29,098 nt of DNA from Halocafeteria seosinensis (lineage: Eukaryota). Positions 1 to 10,000 of the stretch are shown piece after piece. The stretch is taken from assembly GCA_001687465.1 (NCBI GenBank), contig LVLI01000344.1, forward strand, positions 62,001 to 91,098, read 5' to 3'. The position numbers and the translations under genes are program-made. A model generated the notes under the pieces. It was not told where the DNA came from and did no database searches. It saw nothing but the letters and a program-made list of their open reading frames with translations. Every line of letters starts with the position of its first letter. Within the stretch, counting starts at the first letter, position 1.

Positions 1-266
1 GGGATCCGGCAGCGCCTCTCGCGGTCCCGGGTCGAAGTCAATCCCACGCCTAGTGACTGGTGTCCGTCCAGTATAGGTAGTACGAAAGTATTGTAGTATC
101 ACTTTTGCTCCTTCCTCATCTTCTGGCCCCCTCGGCGTCCCGGCTTCCTACTACTCTTTGGTGTCGTTGTTTGATTGATAGCGGGTGCTTCGTGGAAGTT
201 TGTTCTTTCTTCTGCTCCAGCTTATTCCGGCGTCTTTACCACTCTGTTTGTTGAGGACTTGCAACC

Positions 267-1928
267 ATGGGAGTACTGGACGAGGTATTAGGGAACAAGG
301 AGGAGCAGTACCCTCCCTTTGATCCGAGTATGTATCGTGTGTATTAAGCATGGCTCTTGTTCTGCCACCCTTGCGGGCTTTAGATGACACAACGACCCCC
401 ACCTGATGTATGTCTGTGTACGTGTTTACGAATTCCTGCAGATCGTCCTCGGTTTGATCAAACCCACTATTGGGGACGCTTCCGTCACTTTTTGCAAGTG
501 GTGAACCCTTTGTAAGTTGGAAGCGACAACCACCTGTTCCAGTTGGGGTGAAAGTCACACGTCATGGATACAGGACTTTGTTGAATTCCCAAGAGAAGGT
601 ATACGAATCTAGAGACTTTCTGAAAAAATGGGAAAGGGGGGAACTCAACCCAAGTGAGGTCACTAACAAAGACCTATGGGAAGCCAAACGAAGTGAGTAC
701 CTGCTGCGTGAAAGACGACATGTCCATTCCATGAGAAGTATTGACGTGTCTTTTGCGTGCGTGTATCAAACAGTTCGAGATGCGGCAATCCATCCTGATA
801 CTGGTGAAATAATTCCCTTCTATTTCAGAATGAGCTTTTTTGTGCCCATCAACATACCCATCGCCGCTGGGATGACACTGTGGGGCAACACGGTAAGTGC
901 CCACCTCCGCTACCAAGACAATAATAATTAAAAGGAAATATAGTTCCCGGCACTGACCCCAGACCCCTTCTCAACTTTTCTGGCAATGGACGAACCAAAG
1001 CTACAACGCTGGGATGAACTACGGGAATCGTAATGCTACGCTCCCTGTTAGTCCAAAGGATCTAGCTGGTGTGTAGTAACTACTGAGTGTGATTGGCACA
1101 ATCTCGTCCATACCGATATCGTTTTATCTCCTTTTATGCAACAGTGTCGTATGTTGGAGCCTGCTCTATTGCGTGCGGTGTAGCATTCGGCTTTGGAAAA
1201 TGGAGTAACAAAATAGCAGAGTCGAAACGGTTTGGCCCGACGGTCACAAAGTTGATTCAAAGAGTAAGATAGTGGCTGTATACTTCGGCCGAAATACGTT
1301 GACTTCAATTAGTGTGTGAATGGATGTAACAGTTTGTGCCTTTTACGGCGGTTGCCTTAGCTGGAGCTGGCAACGTCGCTTTCATGCGTTACAACAACGT
1401 ACGGGATGGCATTCGAGTATACGGTACGTTCCTATGTACACACTTCCTTCTAAGAATCCTGCGCTCAAGTGTGCGATTATTTTCAAAACAAAATCAGATG
1501 AATTCCGCGACGAACAAGGCACCAGTATCACTGCGGGCCGCATAGCCACAGGGCAGGCGGCGTTGACGCGTATGGTCTTGCCTATTCCAAGTACGTATTG
1601 AGAACAGCAAGCGATGGTACTGAGGGACAACTAACCCTGAACCCTTGGTGTGTATTTCGTTTCAGTCATACTTTTCCCGCCGTATGTACTTGACTTGGTT
1701 AAGCGATCGAAGATGATCACCAATGCCGTCGCCAAAAACCCTCGTCTCAACCTCCCTCTTGAGTTGGCCGTCGTAGCTGTTTGCCTCACCTTTGCTCTCC
1801 CTGCTGCTATTGCCGTTTTCCCGCAAGAATCCGAAGTTGAGGCCACAAAATTGGAGCCGCAATACCATAATCTCAAAGACCGTGAGGGGAAACCTATCCA
1901 GAAGCTGTACTTCAACAAAGGATTGTGA
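267..1928 (+). CDS. SFXN: Sideroflexin (mitochondrial inner-membrane serine/tricarboxylate carrier family), 9 exons, ~346 aa
   Basis: Manual splicing at GT-AG sites gives exons 267-327, 442-511, 574-692, 774-892, 963-1068, 1145-1263, 1333-1423, 1498-1590, 1666-1928 (1041 nt, one open frame). Product has sideroflexin motifs in order: [63 protein letters not shown] and C-terminal YFNKGL*. Confidence 0.95.
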
Positions 1929-2063
1929 GCAGTCTTTTGAAATTTTTGTAGGCAGGGATCTGTATTTGTGTTGCTGAGATGGTGGCTTCACTTGGCATGT
2001 GCTCCTCTAGGTAACAGTTTCTGAGCACGAGAGGGCACCATTTTTCTGAAACACCATCTCCTC

Positions 2064-4685
2064 TTATGACTGGATGGCGTCACCCAGAGCTGCAAGCTGA
2101 CTAAGAAATGTTTCTCCTGAAACTAGTTCGCTTGAACCATAATACACTTTAGTGCGTCTTTGGTCCAAACTTGAACCGCGATGTCTACTTCGTCCCCCTT
2201 CATCATCATCATGGTCTTTGTACTCTTCTGTTTCGTAGTCTACCAGGGATGAGCCCGATGCTCTTGCTGCCCATCTCTGCAGATCATTGTACTCCATGTA
2301 GGAACCCCCACCCATGACAAACACGATCGCCGTAGAGTACTTCACGTTGCCTCTCTCGTCCGCAATTTTGTTCTCGTCCTCATCCAAAGGATCGATCTTC
2401 TCAAACTTTTGTAAGGCACTGCTGCTCTTCTTCCCTTCCATAGCAGCGGATACTATCTTGGTAACCGAACAGGTTGAATCCGAACCAACTAAACTCTTCA
2501 TTTGCGCCGAGGCTTTGGAGAGTAACTGACTCACAGCAGATGATGTTTGAGACGTCAGAGCTGAGAGCCATTTGTTGGAAGAGATATCTCCCGAGCTACT
2601 TGCAACCTGCGAGTGATCTGTGTTTCCCGCCAGCCGCGTCATCGTTCTATGGTTCGCAACATATCGAAGAACTGACATGGACTTGTCGACTTCGGCGGCC
2701 GTAGGAGCCGGTGGTTGAAATTGTTTAGAGGAGTTTTCCGGCGAAGACGCGCTAAGAGTAGAAGACTGTTTAACATGAGCAGCAGCAGATGCCCGAAGAA
2801 CCGCTATAAGTTCTTCGCAACACCGAGCTGGCAATGGCGTTGACTGCTCCCAGCTAAAGGCAAAGTCATCAGCACCGTATTTGCTACCCTCCAGTTCCAC
2901 CTTACCATAGGGAGGCTTAGAGCCCAAGGGGCGCGCATCAGGAGATACTAAATAGATACAAGCAAGTCGCAGTCTATCCGTAAACGTACCACTCCCAGCA
3001 TTTACCTTGTCCAGGTTAATACCAGGCCTTTGTGTACTAGCACCGTCTCTTCCTCCAGAAAGCTTTTTAACTTCTTCATCAGGGACACCCAGTAGGTTAT
3101 AGACGCTCGCCTGTTGGGCTCGGCTACTTTGCTCCGTTTCTGCCTCAAAAAAAGTCGGAATGGAACGCGAAGCGACTGCTGTCATAACCGACTGGAGCAA
3201 ATGGGTGTGGGCCTCTAATCTCCCCTTACGACGGAGCAGAGCGGGAAGTGATCCTACTGCAGAGGCAAGTCCCTCATGTTTACCTTCCAAGGCTGCTCCT
3301 CCATCTAATTCCGCCTCATTGCTTAGATCAATGCCACTATTGCTGGCATCCTGCCTAATCTTTTCCTCAGATGAAGTCACATCAGAGAGTTCTTGGCCAT
3401 GCGCTTCGATTGCCTCAGGGAATGCAGCAGAGCCATATCTCCTCCAGAAATAGTCACGCTCCGGATCCAGATCATGAGACCGACACGGGATAAAAGGATT
3501 TGGGGACTTCGTGTCATAGCATTGTTCATATATCCAATCTGAGGAGTTCGTATTCTTGTCAATGTTTGGGACACGAGGTTTCTTTTGATACCATTCCTGT
3601 CCTTTTGTCACGTGACCACAGACAATCGCTTGGAGGTGGTCCGCGGCAGCCTCACCACTGATTTCCTTCGGCGCTAAAACCCGATTACCATGGATTCCAA
3701 AGATATCATCGACCAGTCCACTGTATGAGGAAGGATGTGACAAAACCGAGCTTATATCAGTGGTTCTATCCAATAAAATGAGCAAGGGTCTGGAGGAGTA
3801 TCCTTCGTTGGAGGGTCCATGAATACCCCCAAAAGAAGCTGAATGATGAGGAAAGAGCGGATCGTTCCCTGCCCGCTGCTGAGCCACTTTGTCTCGTAGC
3901 CTTTCCGAAAGCATATTACCTAGCATCTGTGCTGCCCCATCGTTGGGGCAGAGCATAACCGGGACTTCGCCTATTGAGGCACATACAGACAGGAGTGATT
4001 CGGCAATCGAACGCATGTACGTCACTACGTGTGCCTCTGTGGTCGAGGGATGATTCATTAACGTGAACGTCCCTTTCCGGTGCAGGGTGAACAATCGTGT
4101 TGTCAGACTGACAAACTCGGTGTATACATCTCGTATGGAACCGACCAATCCCGTTACATTATGTTGGAGGCAGGAAGTGGCAAATTCCTCCAGCATGCTC
4201 CGTGGTGTCTCCGAGATGAATGCGATATGGAATTGCTGATACTTGTGCTCTGACATGTCCTGTACGATATATTGTATGTTGCGTCGTGTGGGAGCGCAGA
4301 AATAGACAACAGGGACATCCGGAATAGTTTCCCGGTCTCCATCGATCAGCAGATGGAGAGTCACACCTTCTTGCCGCAGATCTCCAACGTGCAACACGGA
4401 TGAGAATATATCCCTACCCACAGCATCGTAGACCAATATCTTCCACTCATCGCTCCAATCGTTAAAGAGGCCTTCAGTGCTTCCATTGGCCAAGTGCCGG
4501 TCCCCCTCATCCTCGTCCATACTACCTTTCAGAGCCAAGACCTTCCGCAATAAAGCAGCCTGCGCCGACCGAAGAGAAGGCTGATGCGTCGTTGGAATGT
4601 ATCCACGATTCCCCATGGCAGCTCCTCCACCAGTGCCTCCACCACCACCGGAAGCTCCTGCAGCTGAAGCACCCGAACGGTACAT
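2064..4685 (-). CDS. SLY1: Sec1/Munc18 family protein, SLY1/SCFD1 type (ER-Golgi SNARE regulator), 873 aa, apparently intronless
   Basis: Single ORF with SLY1-type motifs WKILVYD..GRDI, LRQEGVTLHLLI..DRETIPDVPVVYF, RPLLILLDR..D, DLD...DYFW, FPEAIE, AIVFVMGGGSYMEY..L and YGSSEL. The start could instead be the second Met after the Gly-rich leader. Confidence 0.93.
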   Translation of the reverse strand: MYRSGASAAGASGGGGGTGGGAAMGNRGYIPTTHQPSLRSAQAALLRKVLALKGSMDEDEGDRHLANGSTEGLFNDWSDEWKILVYDAVGRDIFSSVLHVGDLRQEGVTLHLLIDGDRETIPDVPVVYFCAPTRRNIQYIVQDMSEHKYQQFHIAFISETPRSMLEEFATSCLQHNVTGLVGSIRDVYTEFVSLTTRLFTLHRKGTFTLMNHPSTTEAHVVTYMRSIAESLLSVCASIGEVPVMLCPNDGAAQMLGNMLSERLRDKVAQQRAGNDPLFPHHSASFGGIHGPSNEGYSSRPLLILLDRTTDISSVLSHPSSYSGLVDDIFGIHGNRVLAPKEISGEAAADHLQAIVCGHVTKGQEWYQKKPRVPNIDKNTNSSDWIYEQCYDTKSPNPFIPCRSHDLDPERDYFWRRYGSAAFPEAIEAHGQELSDVTSSEEKIRQDASNSGIDLSNEAELDGGAALEGKHEGLASAVGSLPALLRRKGRLEAHTHLLQSVMTAVASRSIPTFFEAETEQSSRAQQASVYNLLGVPDEEVKKLSGGRDGASTQRPGINLDKVNAGSGTFTDRLRLACIYLVSPDARPLGSKPPYGKVELEGSKYGADDFAFSWEQSTPLPARCCEELIAVLRASAAAHVKQSSTLSASSPENSSKQFQPPAPTAAEVDKSMSVLRYVANHRTMTRLAGNTDHSQVASSSGDISSNKWLSALTSQTSSAVSQLLSKASAQMKSLVGSDSTCSVTKIVSAAMEGKKSSSALQKFEKIDPLDEDENKIADERGNVKYSTAIVFVMGGGSYMEYNDLQRWAARASGSSLVDYETEEYKDHDDDEGGRSRHRGSSLDQRRTKVYYGSSELVSGETFLSQLAALGDAIQS

Positions 4686-4986
4686 GACCCCGTTTGTTGC
4701 GCAGAACTAGACTATATCAAACTCGTTTCCCTCTAATGGATAGCCCAAAACTAACTCAATGTTGACGCGCAGATACGCCAAAAAGGAAGAAAAACGAGCC
4801 TACATAAAGGTTACCACAATGTTTGTTCGGTAAGGGAATCGTCCTTCACGCCAGGCTGGCGTGGCCAGCGCCCCCAGCTACAGGAACCCGTAGCCAGAAA
4901 GTTATAAAATGTAGATAGTTGGAGTCTCTAATATATCTCTCGATATTTGTCTCCGTGGGATTTTGAGAGGGAGCAGAGGTGGTACA
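4686..4986. promoter_or_regulatory. Divergent intergenic region (probable bidirectional promoter) between SLY1 and alpha-amylase
   Basis: 301 bp between two outward-facing ATGs; contains the perfect palindrome CACGCCAG-G-CTGGCGTG at 4847-4863. Promoter function is inferred from position only. Confidence 0.5.
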
Positions 4987-6599
4987 ATGAAGACTGCGGT
5001 GTCTGTGGGACTGGGGTTAGTCGTTCTGGTAGCGAGCACCACGTTTGTGGAACCCAAATCTGCCGCAGAATGGAAAACGAGAGCGGTCTATCAGCTTCTC
5101 ACAGACAGATTCAGTCCAACGGAAGAAACAACAAAACCATGCCCTGATCTCTCAGACTATTGCGGCGGTACTTTCCGGGTAAGTGATCGATCATCCATTC
5201 TTCAAGATGCGGGCTTACGGTACAATGTACAAGTATATTGTATCTGTATGTGCGCTGAGTGAAATGAGAACTCACTGGGGAGTGCTTCGTGCTTCTCTGA
5301 TTAATGATGCAGGGAATTATCAATCATCTGGACTACATATCTGGAATGGGATTCAACGCAATTTGGATTAGCCCAATTCCTGTGCAGGTTAATTCTCCGT
5401 ACGCCGGATACCACGGGTATTGGTTTAAGGATTTATGGCAGATCAATCCCCATTTTGGGCAGAAGCAAGATCTAACCGATCTTGTCACGGAATGCCACAA
5501 ACGAGATATCTGGGTCATGCTCGATGTAGTGATGAACCACTGCGGCCCCGTGAACATGGACTTTAGCGAAATCAGTCCTTTCAATGAAAGCAAGTATTAT
5601 CACAGAAAGTGCCAGATCCAGGATTGGAATAACCAAACACAAGTGGAGATATGTCGTCTAGCTAATCTGCCGGATCTGAATCAATCGCAGCCTTTCGTGT
5701 TTGAGCAGTTAACTAACTGGACTCAACATGTCATCAACGACTTTGGGGTAGATGGCTTGCGCGTTGACACGACGCCAGAAGTGGATATCCAGTGGTTTTG
5801 GAAAGAATGGAAATCGAATTATGTGACAAAACAAACATTCTCCACAGGAGAGGTATTGAACGGTGATGTAAACTATGTTGCTCCCTATGCGAACGTCATG
5901 GGCTCTGTGCTTAGCTATCCTTTGTACTTCAGTCTCCGAGATGTTTTTGCGAATCAAAAGAGCATGTACGAGATCCGTGGAACTCTCAAACAGTACAACT
6001 CTAGCATAAATGATCCTTCGGTCTTGGGCACATTCATCGATAATCACGACAACCCTCGATTTCTGCATCAGAATGACGACTGGAAACTCTACCAGAATGT
6101 ACTCACCTACATTACATGGGCGGAAGGTATTCCTATAGTTTACTATGGAACTGAGCAGGCTTTTAATGGGGGGAACGATCCACAAAACCGAGAAGCCCTG
6201 TGGCCATCTGGATTCGATACAAGTAGTCACTTCTATCAGCTGCTACAGACATTGCTGAAGTATAAGCTGGCTTTCATTGCAGACTTGAAAGATACGAGGC
6301 AGATTGAGCGATACTGTACGGATAATATCTATGCATTCAGTAGAGGGTATGCTTTTGTGGCTACAACAAATGTCGGTTCGAATGGGCCTCGCCTCCACTA
6401 TACAATTTCGTATCATCCGTACTCTAACGGTGAGACTATATGTAACATATTTTATCCGAACGACGATTGCGTTACGGTTCACGACGGAACTTTTGAACTT
6501 TATCTGCTAGAAGGAGAAAGTAAAGTGTTTCTGCCGGCTTCCAAATTGGCTTCGCTTGGGAGCAGGAATTCTTCCTCGTTACTTCGTGGTCTTAAGTGA
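4987..6599 (+). CDS. Secreted GH13 alpha-amylase (Taka-amylase/GH13_1-like), 2 exons, ~492 aa
   Basis: Exons 4987-5178 and 5313-6599; intron 5179-5312 (GTAAGT...TGCAG) joins YCGGTFR|GIINHLDYISGMGFNAIWISP. Hydrophobic N-terminal signal-like peptide, then WKTRAVYQLLTDRF, YHGYW, DVVMNH and the catalytic motifs GLRVD, GEV and FIDNHD. Confidence 0.95.
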
Positions 6600-7088
6600 A
6601 CAGTCTGTAGCTACTGGGGGCTTTTTCTCGGGAAGCATTTTGATATGTGCTACTCAATTTTTGCAAAATGAGAATAATTCGATTTGGTACCGTTTGTCGT
6701 CTTCGGCCTCCGCCGTTTCGTTGCAAACCCTGTGCTTCGTGCTTCGCGCTTCGCGTAACTCACGCAGTCTCCTCAAAAGTGAAAGGAGAGATTGTCGCAT
6801 CTTAGCCTGGACAATGCCTTTTTTGTCCCCCTGAGCGTTCCCCCATCTATTATCTCCTCTGTTTTTGTGTGGCAGAATGGATGTGGTCGATAGATTCATT
6901 AGAGATAATGGATTATACACTGACTTGTTGATAGTGTATGGTCGAGAGGTCACTGAGACATGCGTGCTAGTTCTTCATTAAGTCAAAAGGAACCGCTTTT
7001 CTGCTAAGTTATTGACCATCTATCCACTCCATTTCTTGTACAAGCAGCCTTTTCGAGACACATACAGCACATTATATTCTCTTACATA

Positions 7089-10000
7089 ATGGCTCATTTG
7101 AGTGCCGTAGATTCCACATTTGCATGCAAGATATCGGAGCAGCAGCTGTCCCAATCGGTGTCGAGAGAGCAATGGCACGATGCAGTGGTGCAGGAACTGC
7201 AAGAAGCTGTGGGCTATTTGCGTGACAATGCCGCGGATACAGATTCTTCCACACGAACTCAGCACGAGGAAACCATTCGGGAGATTATGTGTGACCTGAC
7301 AGCCTATTGCTTGGCCCAGAAATGCCCTGTCAACTTAGTAATGTCCCTCTTACAGCAGGCGAAAGTGGACCAAGTCAGCAGCGCTCAAGATATTGTGGTG
7401 GATGTATTATGGTTGTTCGGAGCGGTTTACTGTCATAGGGTTGATGAGACGGAAGATGGGGATACGCAGATGGAACAGGTGGATACCACCAGTGGGCAAT
7501 TAAACAGTTGTCGTCAGAGCCAAAGAGGGGGTTGGACCCGGTTTGGTCAGCTCGCCCGGACATTGCAAGACCAAGAAATCGTACAGACGGCAAAGTTGAT
7601 CGAGAGGTTTGATTTGGACCTGTTAAAGCAATCGGAACTTACAGATGCTTCGTGGTTTAGAAATAAGGTGGTCCGGGTTAATACGAAGTTGTTTTATACG
7701 CAACATAAGTATAACCTACTCCGGGAAGACTCAGAGGGGTACGCACGCCTCTTGACAACGCTTCTAGGTTGCAACATGGCCACACGAAGTCCTTCCGCTA
7801 TAATAAGGAGAACGCATTCCCTCGTTGGATATTTCAAACTTGACCCAAATAGAGTATTTGATCTGGTTTTAGAAGCCATGGAGTATAGTATAGCCGCCGG
7901 AATGTGGAGTCCCAAAGCGAGAGTTCATAAGAGTCTTGTGTGTGGAACAGAGATGGAACAGCGGACCCCTACAGTCAATCTAAATACTCTTCGAAATTAT
8001 GCGACAATTTTGAATGAATTTCGAGCAACGAACTTGAAACACATTTTGGGTTTCAAGTTTTCGAGCTGTCAACCGAAAGATGCCTCGGTGATGAGTCTCA
8101 CTCCCTATTCCCTGTGTTCTGTCGCCGCCGAATTGGTAGCATTAAATTTACTGCAGGTTGCAGACATCTGGCTGTATCTTTCTCCCGAAAGTGAGGATTC
8201 CAATGGTGGGATTCTCGAAAGCCTGGATAACCAAATTAGGAGCTACACTGTCATATCTCTCACACAAGAAACCAAAGAGTCCTCTTCAACAAATGGTCAA
8301 GATGCTCCGACTGATATTGGAATGGCATATGGTGGTACATTCAATGGACATTCGGCGGCATTAACACTAGCTCAATCCACCGCAACACCTGAAGCAGTGT
8401 TTACGTCAAAGCCCCAAGACATCCCCCTATCCAACGATCAGAAAGTTGGTCTGGTGGAGGGTCTTATCCAGTTTATGTATGGAACAGCCTCCAAGTTAAA
8501 GGAGCTCAGTGTTTGTTTTCCCTTTACTGACGTTACATTCGGTGATGAAGAAGTAGAGACTCTGGTCGCCCTGTTTAGGCGCAGCTGGAAGGCCCTAGTG
8601 GAATGCTGTCGACGCATCGCTCAGGAAAGGAATGTCCACGTTGGCATGTACCCTACAGTAGGCTTTGCCCTGTGCCGTCTGGTCGACTGTCTGATCCGAC
8701 CAACTTTTGCCTGTATCGCTCATGGAGACGAAAATGAGAGCAGCAACTATGAGCATGTCTGTAAGGTTTTATGTTGCCTTCCTCCGCTGCTGCGATTGAC
8801 TGGGCCATGTCTCTCTAACGATTTGTCGACAATGGGTATGATGTGCTCTATAGTACGCTATGCGTGGAGGAATCGAATTGATGAGTCGAAAGTAGATCCA
8901 CAAGGCGGAAATTCAACTCTGGCGGATATGTATACCCGACTACAAATAAATCGCAGGGGACCCCTTGCTGCTTCGTTTCAGATTCTGCTGTACTGTCTTT
9001 TGCCGTCCCTCAAATTGTGTGGCTCAGACGTTAACATCGCTTCGCAAGTATGGGATATACTGTGGCAGCAGCCTTGGTGCCTACGTTATTACGCCTACAA
9101 CTTTATGCAACAGGAAGCTTCCGAAAACTCCGGATTAGTCCCATTCACTTCAGATTACTATTACATCCACGAGGAATGCGATCCATGTATCGTTTGGGGT
9201 TGGAGTACGTCAGCGATCGATGTCACAAACGAAGATCCTTGGTGGAGTAGGTGCGACTACGGACATGGATTTGATAGGCTTCTGAAACTTACAAATGCAA
9301 AAACATCTTGGGCTACTCGGAACACGCTGAAACGCGTAGCCAGCGACACGATCAAGCAGGCTGCTCGATCTATAGGCAAAATTTCACATTGCAATCCCAT
9401 TCCTGCATTCGATGCGATTTTGAATCAAATTGAGAAGTATGACAATCTAATCAGATTGGTTTTAGATGCAATGAAGTTTGTGACCCCGCTATCACTGGAT
9501 GTGGTCGCGTTCTTAGTGACCCAAAAATTGGCGTCTTCCCGGGCAGCTTTTCAACCCGATGGCCTGACCCCCGAGCTTTGGCTAACATCCTTGTCCACAT
9601 TTGCTGCCCAATTCTTCCAGCGTTATCATGTGTGCAGCTTGGACGCACTGTTTAGTATGTTTATCCATAGACTCGTCAAAAGAGAGATGCATCCGATTGC
9701 TCCTGTGAAGGAAATCTTGGAACGAGTTGGGGGAATTCGGTTTTCCATCGATATTTCAGATGAGGAAGTAGAGGGCCAGGCCGGATCTAATGCGCTTCGA
9801 GCCATAACAACGATGGTTGATGTGAATGAGCTACCATCAGATGCATGTACTAAATCGCTTGTGCGTAGTTTACTGGCTGGTGATACACAGCTTGATGGAG
9901 CGCTCCAAAGTGGAAACCGGACCCGACCCTTTATGCCTTTCTACCTCTTGCTTGTCGGCTTAAGAAACGAGTCTGTCTACGGTGAAGGGGCTGACTCTCA

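Noticed and set aside
197..220. Pyrimidine tract plus CAG upstream of the SFXN ATG, a possible 5' UTR intron acceptor
   Set aside because: No unambiguous donor; needs transcript data.
6654..6953. 99-aa minus-strand ORF between amylase and THOC2 with a short CGAAGC repeat
   Set aside because: Non-ATG start as listed, no recognisable family and no convincing exon structure; likely UTR or promoter.
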